Source: an uncultured Bacteroidales bacterium (lineage in GTDB: Bacteria; Bacteroidota; Bacteroidia; Bacteroidales; CAIWKO01). Taken from it: a stretch of DNA of 64,000 nucleotides. Location: positions 6,612 to 70,611 of the forward strand of contig CAZRFL010000011.1 in the NCBI GenBank assembly GCA_964599365.1, given 5' to 3'. A program made the position numbers and the translations under genes. Each line of letters begins with the position of its first letter. Positions within the stretch are counted from its first letter, which is position 1. The notes beneath the pieces are model-generated. The model was given only the letters and a program-made list of their open reading frames with translations. It searched no databases and had not been told where the DNA came from. Shown here piece after piece: positions 19,814 to 28,314 of this stretch.

Positions 19814-22800
19814 ATGAAAAAAAAGACCGGGATAAGAATTATTGTAACGATTATACTTTTTATCGTATTGGTGATCTCTAATCTTATTTTTAGAAATTAT
19901 CAACTGTCGTTACTTAATGACCCGGGAAAAATTATCAGGAAAGTTGAGAGCAGCATTTTTGAGAAAGAAAAAATCGCCAGGGCTAACCTAGAGAATTTGA
20001 TCGAACTTTCAAAACAATTTCCCGAGGAGACTTTATTCGGTTTTGATAAATTTCCGAAACTGTCGGAAAAGGAAAAGATATCTTTTCAGATTTACAGAAA
20101 CGACAGCCTGGTGTATTGGTCGGATAATAAATTGAACGAACAGGAGGACAGTCTCGTTTTGTCGTCGGATAGCAGCCTGGTGAAATTTAATAACGGATGG
20201 TACGATATCGTAAAGATAAAAAAAGAGAAGAACACATTTATTGCAGCCATTTTATTAAAATCGGAGTTCCGTTACGAAAACGACTACCTGGTAAATGAGT
20301 TTGTCCCCGGACTGGGATTGAGTTCGCATAACGGGAAAATACAAAAGGCCGGGAAAACAAACCTTGTGAAAAATTCGGAAGGGAAGGATCTGTTTTCTGT
20401 TTCGGTAAGTCCGTGCGCCCACCTCACTTCCTGGGGCGAAACCATCATAATGTTTCTTTACCTGCTGGAATTTATTGCGCTTTTATATCTCATCTACCTA
20501 CTCATTCAATGGTGGGTGCCGGAAAAAAGAGGGCAGGGGCTTTCCGTTTTTCTTTTCATAGCCGCTATTGTTATCTTGCGCGTTCTTCTGTTTTTCCTAA
20601 AAGTTCCCCACAGCCTCTTCGAAACGGCTTTTTTTAGTCCTATCTATTATGCCTCTTCAGTATTGCTGCCTTCGTTAGGCGACTTATTGCTGAACACGCT
20701 TTTGGTTTTGATCATGGCGGTGTTACTGTTTCAAAAGCTCAGCTTTGAGAAAGCGGCCAAACCACAGGGCCGCCCGATGAAATTACTTATATCTTTTGTT
20801 ATCAATTTCTTTTCGGCGGCACTCTTTCTGGTTGGGGTGAATACCATTCGTTCGATAGTGGTCGACTCGACCATATCTTTTAACCTGAACCAAATATTTT
20901 CTATTGACGGACTGAGTGTTTTAGGACTTTCCATCATTGCTTTCCTGCTACTGGCTTATGTGCTGATCGCTTCGGTTCTGTTCAGGGTATTGCAGAAATA
21001 TGGCCTGACTATTATTGAGATCTTTGCCGGGGTAGCCGCTGCTTTGCTTTTGTTATTTCTCGTTCGGCCCCATCAGATAATGGACAATTACCAGTTGATT
21101 CTTTGTTTTGTTTTGTTCAACGTGGTGTTTTGGCTTTTCAGGAGAAAGGGACATAAGCTGTTCCATTATTACGAGATGGGAATTTACCTGGTTTTGTTCA
21201 CCTATACGGCCTATTTTGTGATCACGGTTTCCACCGGATTTAAGGAGACAGAGAACCGCAAATATTTCGCACAGAAACTGACAGCGGGCGAGGACCCTCT
21301 GGCCGAATATGTGTATGCCGATGTGCAAAAAAATATCAATAACGATCTGAGGCTGAAAGATAAATTGAAATATTATCCTTCGAGCGAAAGCGATATAAAA
21401 GACTACCTGACCCGGAAATATTTCACGGGTTTTTGGGATAAATATAAGGTTCAGATCACGCTTTGTGCCGAGAACGACAGCCTGAAAATGGCTACCAATT
21501 CGGAGCATTGCTACAATTATTTCAGCTACCTGGCCGATACCATAGGCAAGCCTACTTCCTGCGAAAACCTTTACCTGCTGAACTATGGCACCGGTGGCTA
21601 CAACTACCTTTCGGTGTTCGACTTTTCGACCGACAGCAGCTCGCTGCGCATGTTTATTGAACTCAATTCGAAGTTCATCCCGAAAGGACTGGGATATCCC
21701 GAATTACTTATCGATAAAAAGCTGTTTATCAACTCCGACCTGACAAATTATTCCTATGCCAAGTACTATGGAAATACCCTGGTGGATGCCTTCGGGAAGT
21801 ACTATTATTCCATAGAGTATAAAACGGATAGTGCGCTGAAAGTGAATGACTATACCATGTTCGATGATAACGATTACAGCCATCTTTTATACAAGGTAGA
21901 CCCCACTTCTTTTATCATCATCAGCAAGAAACTGCCGGGCATTTTGGATATTCTGGCGCCCTTCTCCATATTGTTCTCATTTTTCGTGGTCGTGCTCATC
22001 CTTTTTATTATTCTGATGCGATTGCCCATTAGGCTGAGTTCCGTACGCCTCGATTTTAAGAACCGCCTGCAGCTGGCCATGGTTTCCATTATCCTCATCT
22101 CTTTTATCATCATTGGCGTGTCGACCTATGTGTTCATCAGAAATTTGAACAACAATAAGAATATTGACATACTGAGCGAGAAATCCATGTCGATAGTGAT
22201 TGAACTGCAGAAAAAGCTTTCGGACACGGACACCATGAACCCCGATCAGATGAATGTGCTTTCGGGTTTTCTGGCGAAACTTTCGAATGTGTTCTTCACC
22301 GACGTGAACGTTTTCGATACCCATGGCAATCTGGTTTCATCATCCAGACCGCAGATATTCAACGAGGGCCTCATCTCCGGAAGGATGAACCCTACGGCTT
22401 ATTTCCAGCTGAAATCGGCCAAGAAGACCTTCTTCATCCAAAAAGAAAGCATTGGCAAACTGGAGTATTATTCGGCCTACGTGCCTTTTTATAACCGCGA
22501 CAACCAGGCGGTGTATTACATCAATCTGCCTTATTTCGCCAAGCAAAGCGAGCTGAAAAAGGAGCTGTCGACCTTCCTGATGGCCTTTGTGAATATTTAT
22601 GTGTTCTTCATCGCCATATCCATCATCATCGCGCTGTTCGTGGCAGGACGCATCACCAGGCCGCTGAACATCATCCGCGACAAGATTGGCAACATCAAAC
22701 TGGGAAGCAAGAACGAGAAGATTAGCTGGCCGCGACAGGACGAGATCGGCGGCCTGATTGAGGAATATAACCGCATGATTGACGAGATCAGCGAAAGCGC

Positions 22801-23494
22801 CCACCTGCTGGCCCGCTCGGAACGCGAGAGCGCCTGGCGCGAAATGGCGATGCAGGTGGCCCACGAGATCAAGAACCCCCTGACGCCTATGAAGCTGAGC
22901 ATTCAGTATCTGGATAAGGCCTGGAAAGAGCAGGCGCCCGAATGGGATGCGATTCTGAAACGCTTTTCGAAGAATATGGTGGAACAGATTGATTCGCTCT
23001 CGGCCATTGCTTCGGAGTTTTCGTATTTTGCCAAGATGCCCGCCCCTCAGAACGAGGTGATTGATGTGCTGCCCGTGATCGAAAGCTCCATGGCCATTTT
23101 CAGCGGAAGCGACGAAATAAAAATGAAACTGCTTTATGAGTCCGACCAGACTTTCCGCATTTTTGCCGACAAGAAACAGGTGGTGAGGGTGATGAATAAT
23201 CTTATACATAATGCCGTTCAGGCCATAGGAAGCCGCCAGGAAGGCGCCATTACCATTAAGGTGGATTTGGTGGGGGAAAAGGTGTTGATCGCCATCAGCG
23301 ACAACGGAGAGGGCATTCCCGACGAGATGAAGGATAAGGTGTTTGTGCCCAGTTTCTCGACCAAGACCGAGGGCATGGGGCTGGGACTGGCTATTGTGAG
23401 CGGTATTGTGGAGAACAGCGGCGGCCGCATCTGGTTCGAATCGGTGAGGGGAGAGGGAACTACGTTTTTTATTGAGTGGCCGGTTGGGGAATAG
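19814..23494 (+). CDS. Large multi-pass sensor histidine kinase with no receiver domain and no adjacent response regulator
   Basis: The likely start is MKKKTGIRIIV at 19814 (the listed ORF begins at 19760). A signal/TM helix is followed by a ~180-aa extracytoplasmic domain, ~8 TM helices, a soluble domain, 2 TM helices, a second extracytoplasmic domain, 1 TM helix and a HAMP-like linker. HisKA H-box MAMQVAHEIKNPLTPM and HATPase motifs NLIHNAVQAIG, DNGEGIP, GMGLGLAIV follow. Confidence 0.85.
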   Translation: MKKKTGIRIIVTIILFIVLVISNLIFRNYQLSLLNDPGKIIRKVESSIFEKEKIARANLENLIELSKQFPEETLFGFDKFPKLSEKEKISFQIYRNDSLVYWSDNKLNEQEDSLVLSSDSSLVKFNNGWYDIVKIKKEKNTFIAAILLKSEFRYENDYLVNEFVPGLGLSSHNGKIQKAGKTNLVKNSEGKDLFSVSVSPCAHLTSWGETIIMFLYLLEFIALLYLIYLLIQWWVPEKRGQGLSVFLFIAAIVILRVLLFFLKVPHSLFETAFFSPIYYASSVLLPSLGDLLLNTLLVLIMAVLLFQKLSFEKAAKPQGRPMKLLISFVINFFSAALFLVGVNTIRSIVVDSTISFNLNQIFSIDGLSVLGLSIIAFLLLAYVLIASVLFRVLQKYGLTIIEIFAGVAAALLLLFLVRPHQIMDNYQLILCFVLFNVVFWLFRRKGHKLFHYYEMGIYLVLFTYTAYFVITVSTGFKETENRKYFAQKLTAGEDPLAEYVYADVQKNINNDLRLKDKLKYYPSSESDIKDYLTRKYFTGFWDKYKVQITLCAENDSLKMATNSEHCYNYFSYLADTIGKPTSCENLYLLNYGTGGYNYLSVFDFSTDSSSLRMFIELNSKFIPKGLGYPELLIDKKLFINSDLTNYSYAKYYGNTLVDAFGKYYYSIEYKTDSALKVNDYTMFDDNDYSHLLYKVDPTSFIIISKKLPGILDILAPFSILFSFFVVVLILFIILMRLPIRLSSVRLDFKNRLQLAMVSIILISFIIIGVSTYVFIRNLNNNKNIDILSEKSMSIVIELQKKLSDTDTMNPDQMNVLSGFLAKLSNVFFTDVNVFDTHGNLVSSSRPQIFNEGLISGRMNPTAYFQLKSAKKTFFIQKESIGKLEYYSAYVPFYNRDNQAVYYINLPYFAKQSELKKELSTFLMAFVNIYVFFIAISIIIALFVAGRITRPLNIIRDKIGNIKLGSKNEKISWPRQDEIGGLIEEYNRMIDEISESAHLLARSERESAWREMAMQVAHEIKNPLTPMKLSIQYLDKAWKEQAPEWDAILKRFSKNMVEQIDSLSAIASEFSYFAKMPAPQNEVIDVLPVIESSMAIFSGSDEIKMKLLYESDQTFRIFADKKQVVRVMNNLIHNAVQAIGSRQEGAITIKVDLVGEKVLIAISDNGEGIPDEMKDKVFVPSFSTKTEGMGLGLAIVSGIVENSGGRIWFESVRGEGTTFFIEWPVGE

Positions 23495-23534
23495 GGGTTT
23501 AGACTATTAGGCTATTAGGCTGTTAGGAAGAGCG

Positions 23535-23850
23535 GGGGCAGGATGTAGGGGCGTATGGCATACGCCCTGACCAGAGATTAAAGAAAACCACGGAGACACG
23601 GAGCACACAGAGTTTCACGGAGAAATTCTCAATAATCAATGTTCAATTTACAATTCTCAAGGGGGGGGAAACCACGGAGACACGGAGCGCACAGAGTTTC
23701 ACGGAGAAATGCTCAATAATCAATTTTCAATTTACAATGTTCAAGTAGGGGCAGGAGGTAGGGGCGTATGGCATACGCCCTGACCAGATAATAAGGAAAA
23801 CCACGGAGGCACGGAGCACACAAAGATACACGGAGAATAAATTAAACATT
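23535..23850. repeat. Composite direct repeats A1-B1-B2-A2-B3 with a palindromic hairpin in each A unit
   Basis: A units are at 23535-23589 and 23746-23802 and contain the inverted repeat GGGCGTATG-GC-CATACGCCC. B units (~78 bp) are at 23586-23660 and 23668-23745, with a partial copy at 23797-23842. They are near-identical and built from CACGGAG / CACAGAG words. Confidence 0.8.
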
Positions 23851-23862
23851 AAGGATTCTGTT

Positions 23863-24303
23863 TTATTTCTTTTCCAAATCAACCACGTATTCCTTGCTAT
23901 TATAGGTGGTTTTCATTTGAAGTCCTTTTCTGTCTAAATCTAATATTTCAAACTCCGGTGTTCTATAAACTCCGAAAGGTCCGGTGCCAATGTGACCGTT
24001 TGTTAGATCAACCTTAATAGTGTTGTTGTTATTTTGTAGAATCCAACTACAAGCAACAATTCTATAATTTCCAAAATTGTTGTAACCCTCAAAGGTCATC
24101 ATATAATATAAGGCACTTTCATCAAAATAAAAATAACATTTACTACTTAAACTGTCTTTAAACAGGTTTAACGAATCGATACCATTCACAGTGTACTGAC
24201 TTACCTCATAAGTGCCAAAAAGCTTATTAATTGTTTGTTTTGTCTTATTGCAGCCACCCACCACCGCCGCAAGCACAAGTATAATCAGTATTGTTTTTTT
24301 CAT
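23863..24303 (-). CDS. Small lipoprotein, hypothetical; paralog of 24470-24919
   Basis: Start at the internal Met MKKTILIILVLAAVVGGCNK (lipobox). The C-terminus ...LQMKTTYNSKEYVVDLEKK is shared with the neighbouring paralog. Confidence 0.6.
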   Translation of the reverse strand: MKKTILIILVLAAVVGGCNKTKQTINKLFGTYEVSQYTVNGIDSLNLFKDSLSSKCYFYFDESALYYMMTFEGYNNFGNYRIVACSWILQNNNNTIKVDLTNGHIGTGPFGVYRTPEFEILDLDRKGLQMKTTYNSKEYVVDLEKK

Positions 24304-24336
24304 TTCATTTCTTTTTTTTGCCACTAAAACTCCAAA

Positions 24337-24455
24337 GCACCAAATTACACCAAAATATTCTTTGTGCAACTTTGTGAAAAAACTTTGTGTGGCTTTGTGG
24401 AATAGCTGTTACACGAAGTTACACAAAGAAGACACAGAGTTACACGAAGAAATAC
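24337..24455. repeat. Decamer word-repeat block forming an imperfect palindrome (CTTTGTG x4, then CACRAAG x4)
   Basis: The run tctttgtgcaactttgtgaaaaaactttgtgtggctttgtgg is followed by gttacacgaagttacacaaagaagacacagagttacacgaag, with a ~10-11 bp period. Upstream of it lies gcaccaaattacaccaaaat. Confidence 0.75.
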
Positions 24456-24469
24456 TTCATTATCCGACA

Positions 24470-24919
24470 TTATTTCTTTTTCAAAACAATTACGTATTCC
24501 TTGTCATTATAGGTAGTTTTCATTTTTAGTTCTCTATTGGTCAAACGTAATATTTCCCATAAAGGCTTTACATTGTCTTTAAATGGTCCCCAGCTCTTTT
24601 CTGGTGAATATGCCCCTGATGTTTCGACTTTTAAGAATCTTTCATCCTCATATAATCTCCAAAGCCAGTTTATGGCGTTATTTGCCACATGACAAATTTT
24701 CCAATGATCATCATGGAGAAAAAAATAAAACTGCTTTTCCAAACTATCGCTGTAAAGGTCTAATTCATCAACTCCATTGGTAGAGAGTTCTACAAGCTCG
24801 TACTGTCCCATTATTCTATTTTCTGCAGATCTCAAACTAATACAAGGCCCTTCTTCGTATTTCTTGCAGCCACCCACCACCGCCGCCAGCACAAGTATGA
24901 TCAGGATTATTTTTTTCAT
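24470..24919 (-). CDS. Small lipoprotein, hypothetical; paralog of 23863-24303
   Basis: 149 aa. Signal peptide MKKIILIILVLAAVVGGCKK, almost identical at the nucleotide level to that of the paralog. The middle is divergent. C-terminus ...LKMKTTYNDKEYVIVLKKK. Confidence 0.6.
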   Translation of the reverse strand: MKKIILIILVLAAVVGGCKKYEEGPCISLRSAENRIMGQYELVELSTNGVDELDLYSDSLEKQFYFFLHDDHWKICHVANNAINWLWRLYEDERFLKVETSGAYSPEKSWGPFKDNVKPLWEILRLTNRELKMKTTYNDKEYVIVLKKK

Positions 24920-25015
24920 TGTTTTAGGGGTTTAGGTTTTTAGGGGTTTAGACTATTAGGAAAAACTATTACACAGAGATACACGAAGAAGACACAGAGT
25001 TACACAGAGAGACAA
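24920..25015. repeat. GGTTTAG and CACAGAG word repeats
   Basis: Sequence gggtttaggtttttaggggtttagactattagg...ttacacagagatacacgaagaagacacagagttacacagagagaca. The GGGTTTAGACTATTAGG word also occurs at 23495-23512. Confidence 0.7.
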
Positions 25016-25069
25016 TATTGGTATTTGTGTTTTAGAATTCATGATCGTATAGATGAAACTGAATTGATG

Positions 25070-25459
25070 TTATTCGCATTGTTTAATCTCCAGATTAATT
25101 TTAAAACGATTAGGGTATTTTGCTAAAATATAATCATTAGAGTCAGGACAAAACCCATATTTTGCAATAACAAAGTTATAGGCTCCTTTTCGATAGGCCC
25201 CATTTTCTTTAAACTTAAAATTTTCCTGAATAGAGTTGTAAAAAACTATCATTGATTTAGAGGTTTTCTTCGATACTAAATCATGAGAAAATTGTTCAAT
25301 TTTATTCCAATTTGTATCGGCAGTATAAACAGAAAAGATTTCGAAACTGTCTGAAATTTTTTTATTGTCAATAATTACAAAACAATCTTTCTTGTTTTCG
25401 CATGATACAAAAAGTATAAGGTCAAAAATGATTAAAATAATAGCAAAAACTCTTTTCAT
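25070..25459 (-). CDS. Small lipoprotein, hypothetical
   Basis: 129 aa. Signal MKRVFAIILIIFDLILFVSC. No recognisable domain. Confidence 0.5.
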   Translation of the reverse strand: MKRVFAIILIIFDLILFVSCENKKDCFVIIDNKKISDSFEIFSVYTADTNWNKIEQFSHDLVSKKTSKSMIVFYNSIQENFKFKENGAYRKGAYNFVIAKYGFCPDSNDYILAKYPNRFKINLEIKQCE

Positions 25460-25744
25460 CCTTTATGTGTAAATAGTTCCTTATAATTTCCCTCACAAAT
25501 GTATCACTTTTCTATTTTAAAATGGGGGCGAATGATTTTTTTTTGACCCCATAAAAAAGAAGTGAGGACAAAACGTCTGCATTCGATTTTGGGTGTTCCA
25601 TTTTCATTTTCCACACCTAATGTTTTGCAAAAAATGGAGTCTGATATTTTCTTATAACGGCCTGATTCATTGCAAAAAGTTCAGGCTACTCTTTACACTT
25701 TACCCGCAACTTTATTCCTGTTTCCGGCTACTTTCCGAAAATTG

Positions 25745-25975
25745 CCCGATACCCGAAAAGTCGCTCCTTTTTTTGGTAGCGGGGGAACTTTTTCTGGTGT
25801 CGGCGGTGCGATAGTAAGTGTCGGCAGAAATTTATCAGGTATCGGCTAAAAACTATTTAGAAGCGGGCTTACTTTTTTTAGTATCGGGCAAAAATTTTCA
25901 GGTGTCGTCAATTCTGACTGAAGTGTCGGCCAATATTTTTTTGGTGTCGTCAATTATTTTTTTGGTAGCATGGCT
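25745..25975. repeat. Degenerate tandem array of ~10 units with a ~21-24 bp period; 8-bp core GTGTCGGC / GTATCGGC / GTGTCGTC / GTAGCGGG followed by A/T-rich filler
   Basis: Read directly: ...ggtagcgggggaactttttctggtgtcggcggtgcgatagtaagtgtcggcagaaatttatcaggtatcggctaaaaactatttagaagcgggcttacttttttagtatcgggcaaaaattttcaggtgtcgtcaattctgactgaagtgtcggccaatatttttttggtgtcgtcaattatttttttggtagc. Confidence 0.75.
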
Positions 25976-26137
25976 AATTGACTTAAGAAGAGACTATAAA
26001 TTCCATGAAAACAGAGAGGATTTGGGGCAACTAATTAAACTCCGTATGTTAATACAGCTCCTAAAAGAAAATAATTGCATAAATTCTTGTTAATTTGAAA
26101 AATTTATTATTTTTGTTCCAACCAAAATATAATTATC

Positions 26138-27085
26138 ATGAGAAAATCAATCGTTCATCCAATTTTCAGAATGTCATTCAGTGAGTTAGAACAATTAGGC
26201 GATACCTGTCAAGGTCTTATGATTCGCGATGCGGCGCCACTTTTAACTTATGGAGTAGATGCGGCCATGGTCGCACTCGTTAAATCCCTAACCCTCGAAC
26301 TAAAGAATTGTCCCACCGATGAAGAATTGAAGGCAGCCGTGGGTATAGCTGTCGAAAAACGCGACAAGAAGAAGGATGAAGTGAAAGTAGCGGTTCGCGA
26401 AATCATGATAAGGGCCAAAAGTGGTTATGGCGAGTTCACCAGTGCCTATCGCGCCTTTGGCACCAAGGGCATGGACAATCTAAATGCCAGCGACTTGTGC
26501 CGTTGTGCCCGTAGGGTGGTGAGGGTGGCCAATCTGTGCCTGGAGGATCTGGCCTCAAAAGGCCTGACGCAGGACATGATTGATGAACTGGAAGATTTAA
26601 ACGACGAATTCGATTCTCTGATAGACAAGAAGGTGGATGCCGACCATGCCCGCGACGGAGCCACCAGTGCACGTGTTAAAAAAGGCAACGATCTGTATAC
26701 TACCATTACCGATATTTACGATTTCGGAAAGAATTATTGGGTTTCGCGCGACGAAGCCATGTATAATGATTACGTGATCTACAACACTCCCGACATGAAA
26801 GCTCCTGAGCCGGGACAATACGGAACGGCTCATGGTACCATGTATAAAAGCGGTACTACTGAGGTTCCGGCCAATGGTTTGATATTTTTCGACGGCGTGG
26901 AAGTTCCTATAGAAGTGGATGAAGACGGCACATGGGAATTCGATCAGGTGCCCGTTACCGCCAAAAAGATCAGGGCCACTGCCGACGATTGTGCCGATTT
27001 TGAGGCCGATATAGAAATTTTACCAGATGGCGAAACGGAATTTGATATTGATATGGATCCGCTCGACGATACGCAGCCTTCATGA
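26138..27085 (+). CDS. Hypothetical acidic cytoplasmic protein, GC-rich orphan
   Basis: 315 aa with no signal peptide and a D/E-rich C-terminus (DIEILPDGETEFDIDMDPLDDTQPS). Sampled GC is about 60%, against about 33-40% for the neighbouring genes. Confidence 0.55.
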   Translation: MRKSIVHPIFRMSFSELEQLGDTCQGLMIRDAAPLLTYGVDAAMVALVKSLTLELKNCPTDEELKAAVGIAVEKRDKKKDEVKVAVREIMIRAKSGYGEFTSAYRAFGTKGMDNLNASDLCRCARRVVRVANLCLEDLASKGLTQDMIDELEDLNDEFDSLIDKKVDADHARDGATSARVKKGNDLYTTITDIYDFGKNYWVSRDEAMYNDYVIYNTPDMKAPEPGQYGTAHGTMYKSGTTEVPANGLIFFDGVEVPIEVDEDGTWEFDQVPVTAKKIRATADDCADFEADIEILPDGETEFDIDMDPLDDTQPS

Positions 27086-27130
27086 TATAAAAGGTTGCTT
27101 AAAACAAAAGAAAATAAAAATTTAACACAG

Positions 27131-27170
27131 ACACTTCTCAGGCACAAATGCCGGGGAAGTGTTTTTTTTA
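27131..27170 (+). terminator. Rho-independent terminator
   Basis: Stem ACACTTC ... GAAGTGT followed by TTTTTTTT. Confidence 0.6.
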
Positions 27171-27227
27171 TCCGAAAAGTTTCTATATTTGTAATGCCCA
27201 ATTGAGGAAATCTTTAAATATCAGGAA

Positions 27228-27878
27228 ATGAAAAGGATTGTTTTGCTTATAATGGTGCTGGCCTTAGGTATGCTTTTGTTTGTGCAATGCAAAAGATGCA
27301 AATCAGAACAATTAGAAGATAAAGTTTTCACGCTTCAGGAACTCGCGATAGTTCCCTATGATACCGGTGAGAAATATGTTTTCAAAAATTCTTCTAATGA
27401 TTCCATGATTTATACTGTAACATCGCGCAATTCAAATATGGTAGGACCCTGTTACGAAAACTATGCAAATGACGATGCTAAATGTAAGATGGATTACTGT
27501 TACATCGAAAATAATCAGGGTGCTATAGTCGACACAGAACATGCAGGAGCGATTCAGTTTAAACTTTATTATATTACACCTTATGGTACTTTTACGTTTT
27601 TAAATGCAATTCATCTGCGCATTGAATTTACTACAGACCAACACCGGATTTTTGAGGGAAAATATTATTTTGATGAACAAAATTTATCTGAGCAATATCC
27701 AGAATATGGTGAAATACTTGCATTCGACAGCACAATGAGTCTTGGGCCGAAAACATTTAATTCGGTTTATACTTTGTTTCATAATTATTACAGTCTGGAA
27801 ACAGTTTACTATAACTTCAGCCAGGGCATAGTCGGTTTCAAATCAAGCGACGACCATTTGTGGTATCTGGCAAACTAA
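27228..27878 (+). CDS. Lipoprotein, hypothetical
   Basis: 216 aa. Signal MKRIVLLIMVLALGMLLFVQC. No recognisable domain. Confidence 0.55.
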   Translation: MKRIVLLIMVLALGMLLFVQCKRCKSEQLEDKVFTLQELAIVPYDTGEKYVFKNSSNDSMIYTVTSRNSNMVGPCYENYANDDAKCKMDYCYIENNQGAIVDTEHAGAIQFKLYYITPYGTFTFLNAIHLRIEFTTDQHRIFEGKYYFDEQNLSEQYPEYGEILAFDSTMSLGPKTFNSVYTLFHNYYSLETVYYNFSQGIVGFKSSDDHLWYLAN

Positions 27879-27879
27879 A

Positions 27880-28314
27880 CTTTGGGTTTTCTCTGCCGCA
27901 AAGAACATTTCTTTTTCCCGCTGATTTCGCAGATAAACGCAGATAGAATTACAACCAGAAAATAATCTGCGAAAATCTGCGAGATCTGCGGGAAAATTTC
28001 CTCTGTGAAACTCCGTGTTTCCTCTGTGTATCTCTGTGTAACAGCTCTTCCTATGCGCCCTCCGCGTCTCCGCGGTGAATTTTTTCAAAATCCTCAATCC
28101 TCAGTCCGCAAATTGGGGCAGGCTTTCTTTGTGATCATTGTGACATCATTGTGAACATTGTGGTTTTAAAAAGAAATTAACCACAAAGGACACAATGAAA
28201 AACAACACAAAGGACACTATGGATTCTTTGTTAATCCTCGGTTTGCAATCTTCAGTCTGCCGATTGCCGTCTTGAATCTTGAAATTTGGTCCTTGGGGCT
28301 TGAGACTTGGGGCT
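27880..28314. repeat. ~440-bp low-complexity block made of successive decamer word repeats arranged as imperfect palindromes
   Basis: CGCAGAT x2 / ATCTGCG x3 (27913-27990). CTCTGTG x3 with ctccgtg (27996-28045). cattgtg x4 / cacaatg and cacaaag (28130-28230). cttgaatcttgaaat and cttggggcttgagacttggggctt (28235-28320). Confidence 0.75.

Noticed and set aside
22340-23209. 289-aa minus-strand ORF inside the GC-rich kinase core of the sensor kinase
   Set aside because: Antisense artefact of the ~60% GC segment. The kinase motifs on the plus strand are unambiguous.
23548-23567. The hairpin GGGCGTATGGCATACGCCC as an intrinsic terminator of the kinase gene
   Set aside because: It is a strong stem but has no following T-run. 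It is kept only as part of the repeat unit.
25745-25975. Possible CRISPR array (also considered for 51044-51277)
   Set aside because: Repeats are degenerate rather than identical, the filler is too short (~13 bp) to be spacers, there is no leader, and no cas genes are in the window.
25593-26093. Two ORFs (73 and 91 aa) across the GTGTCGGC array
   Set aside because: The peptide repeats mirror the DNA repeats. No start context, and they sit in a divergent promoter-like region.
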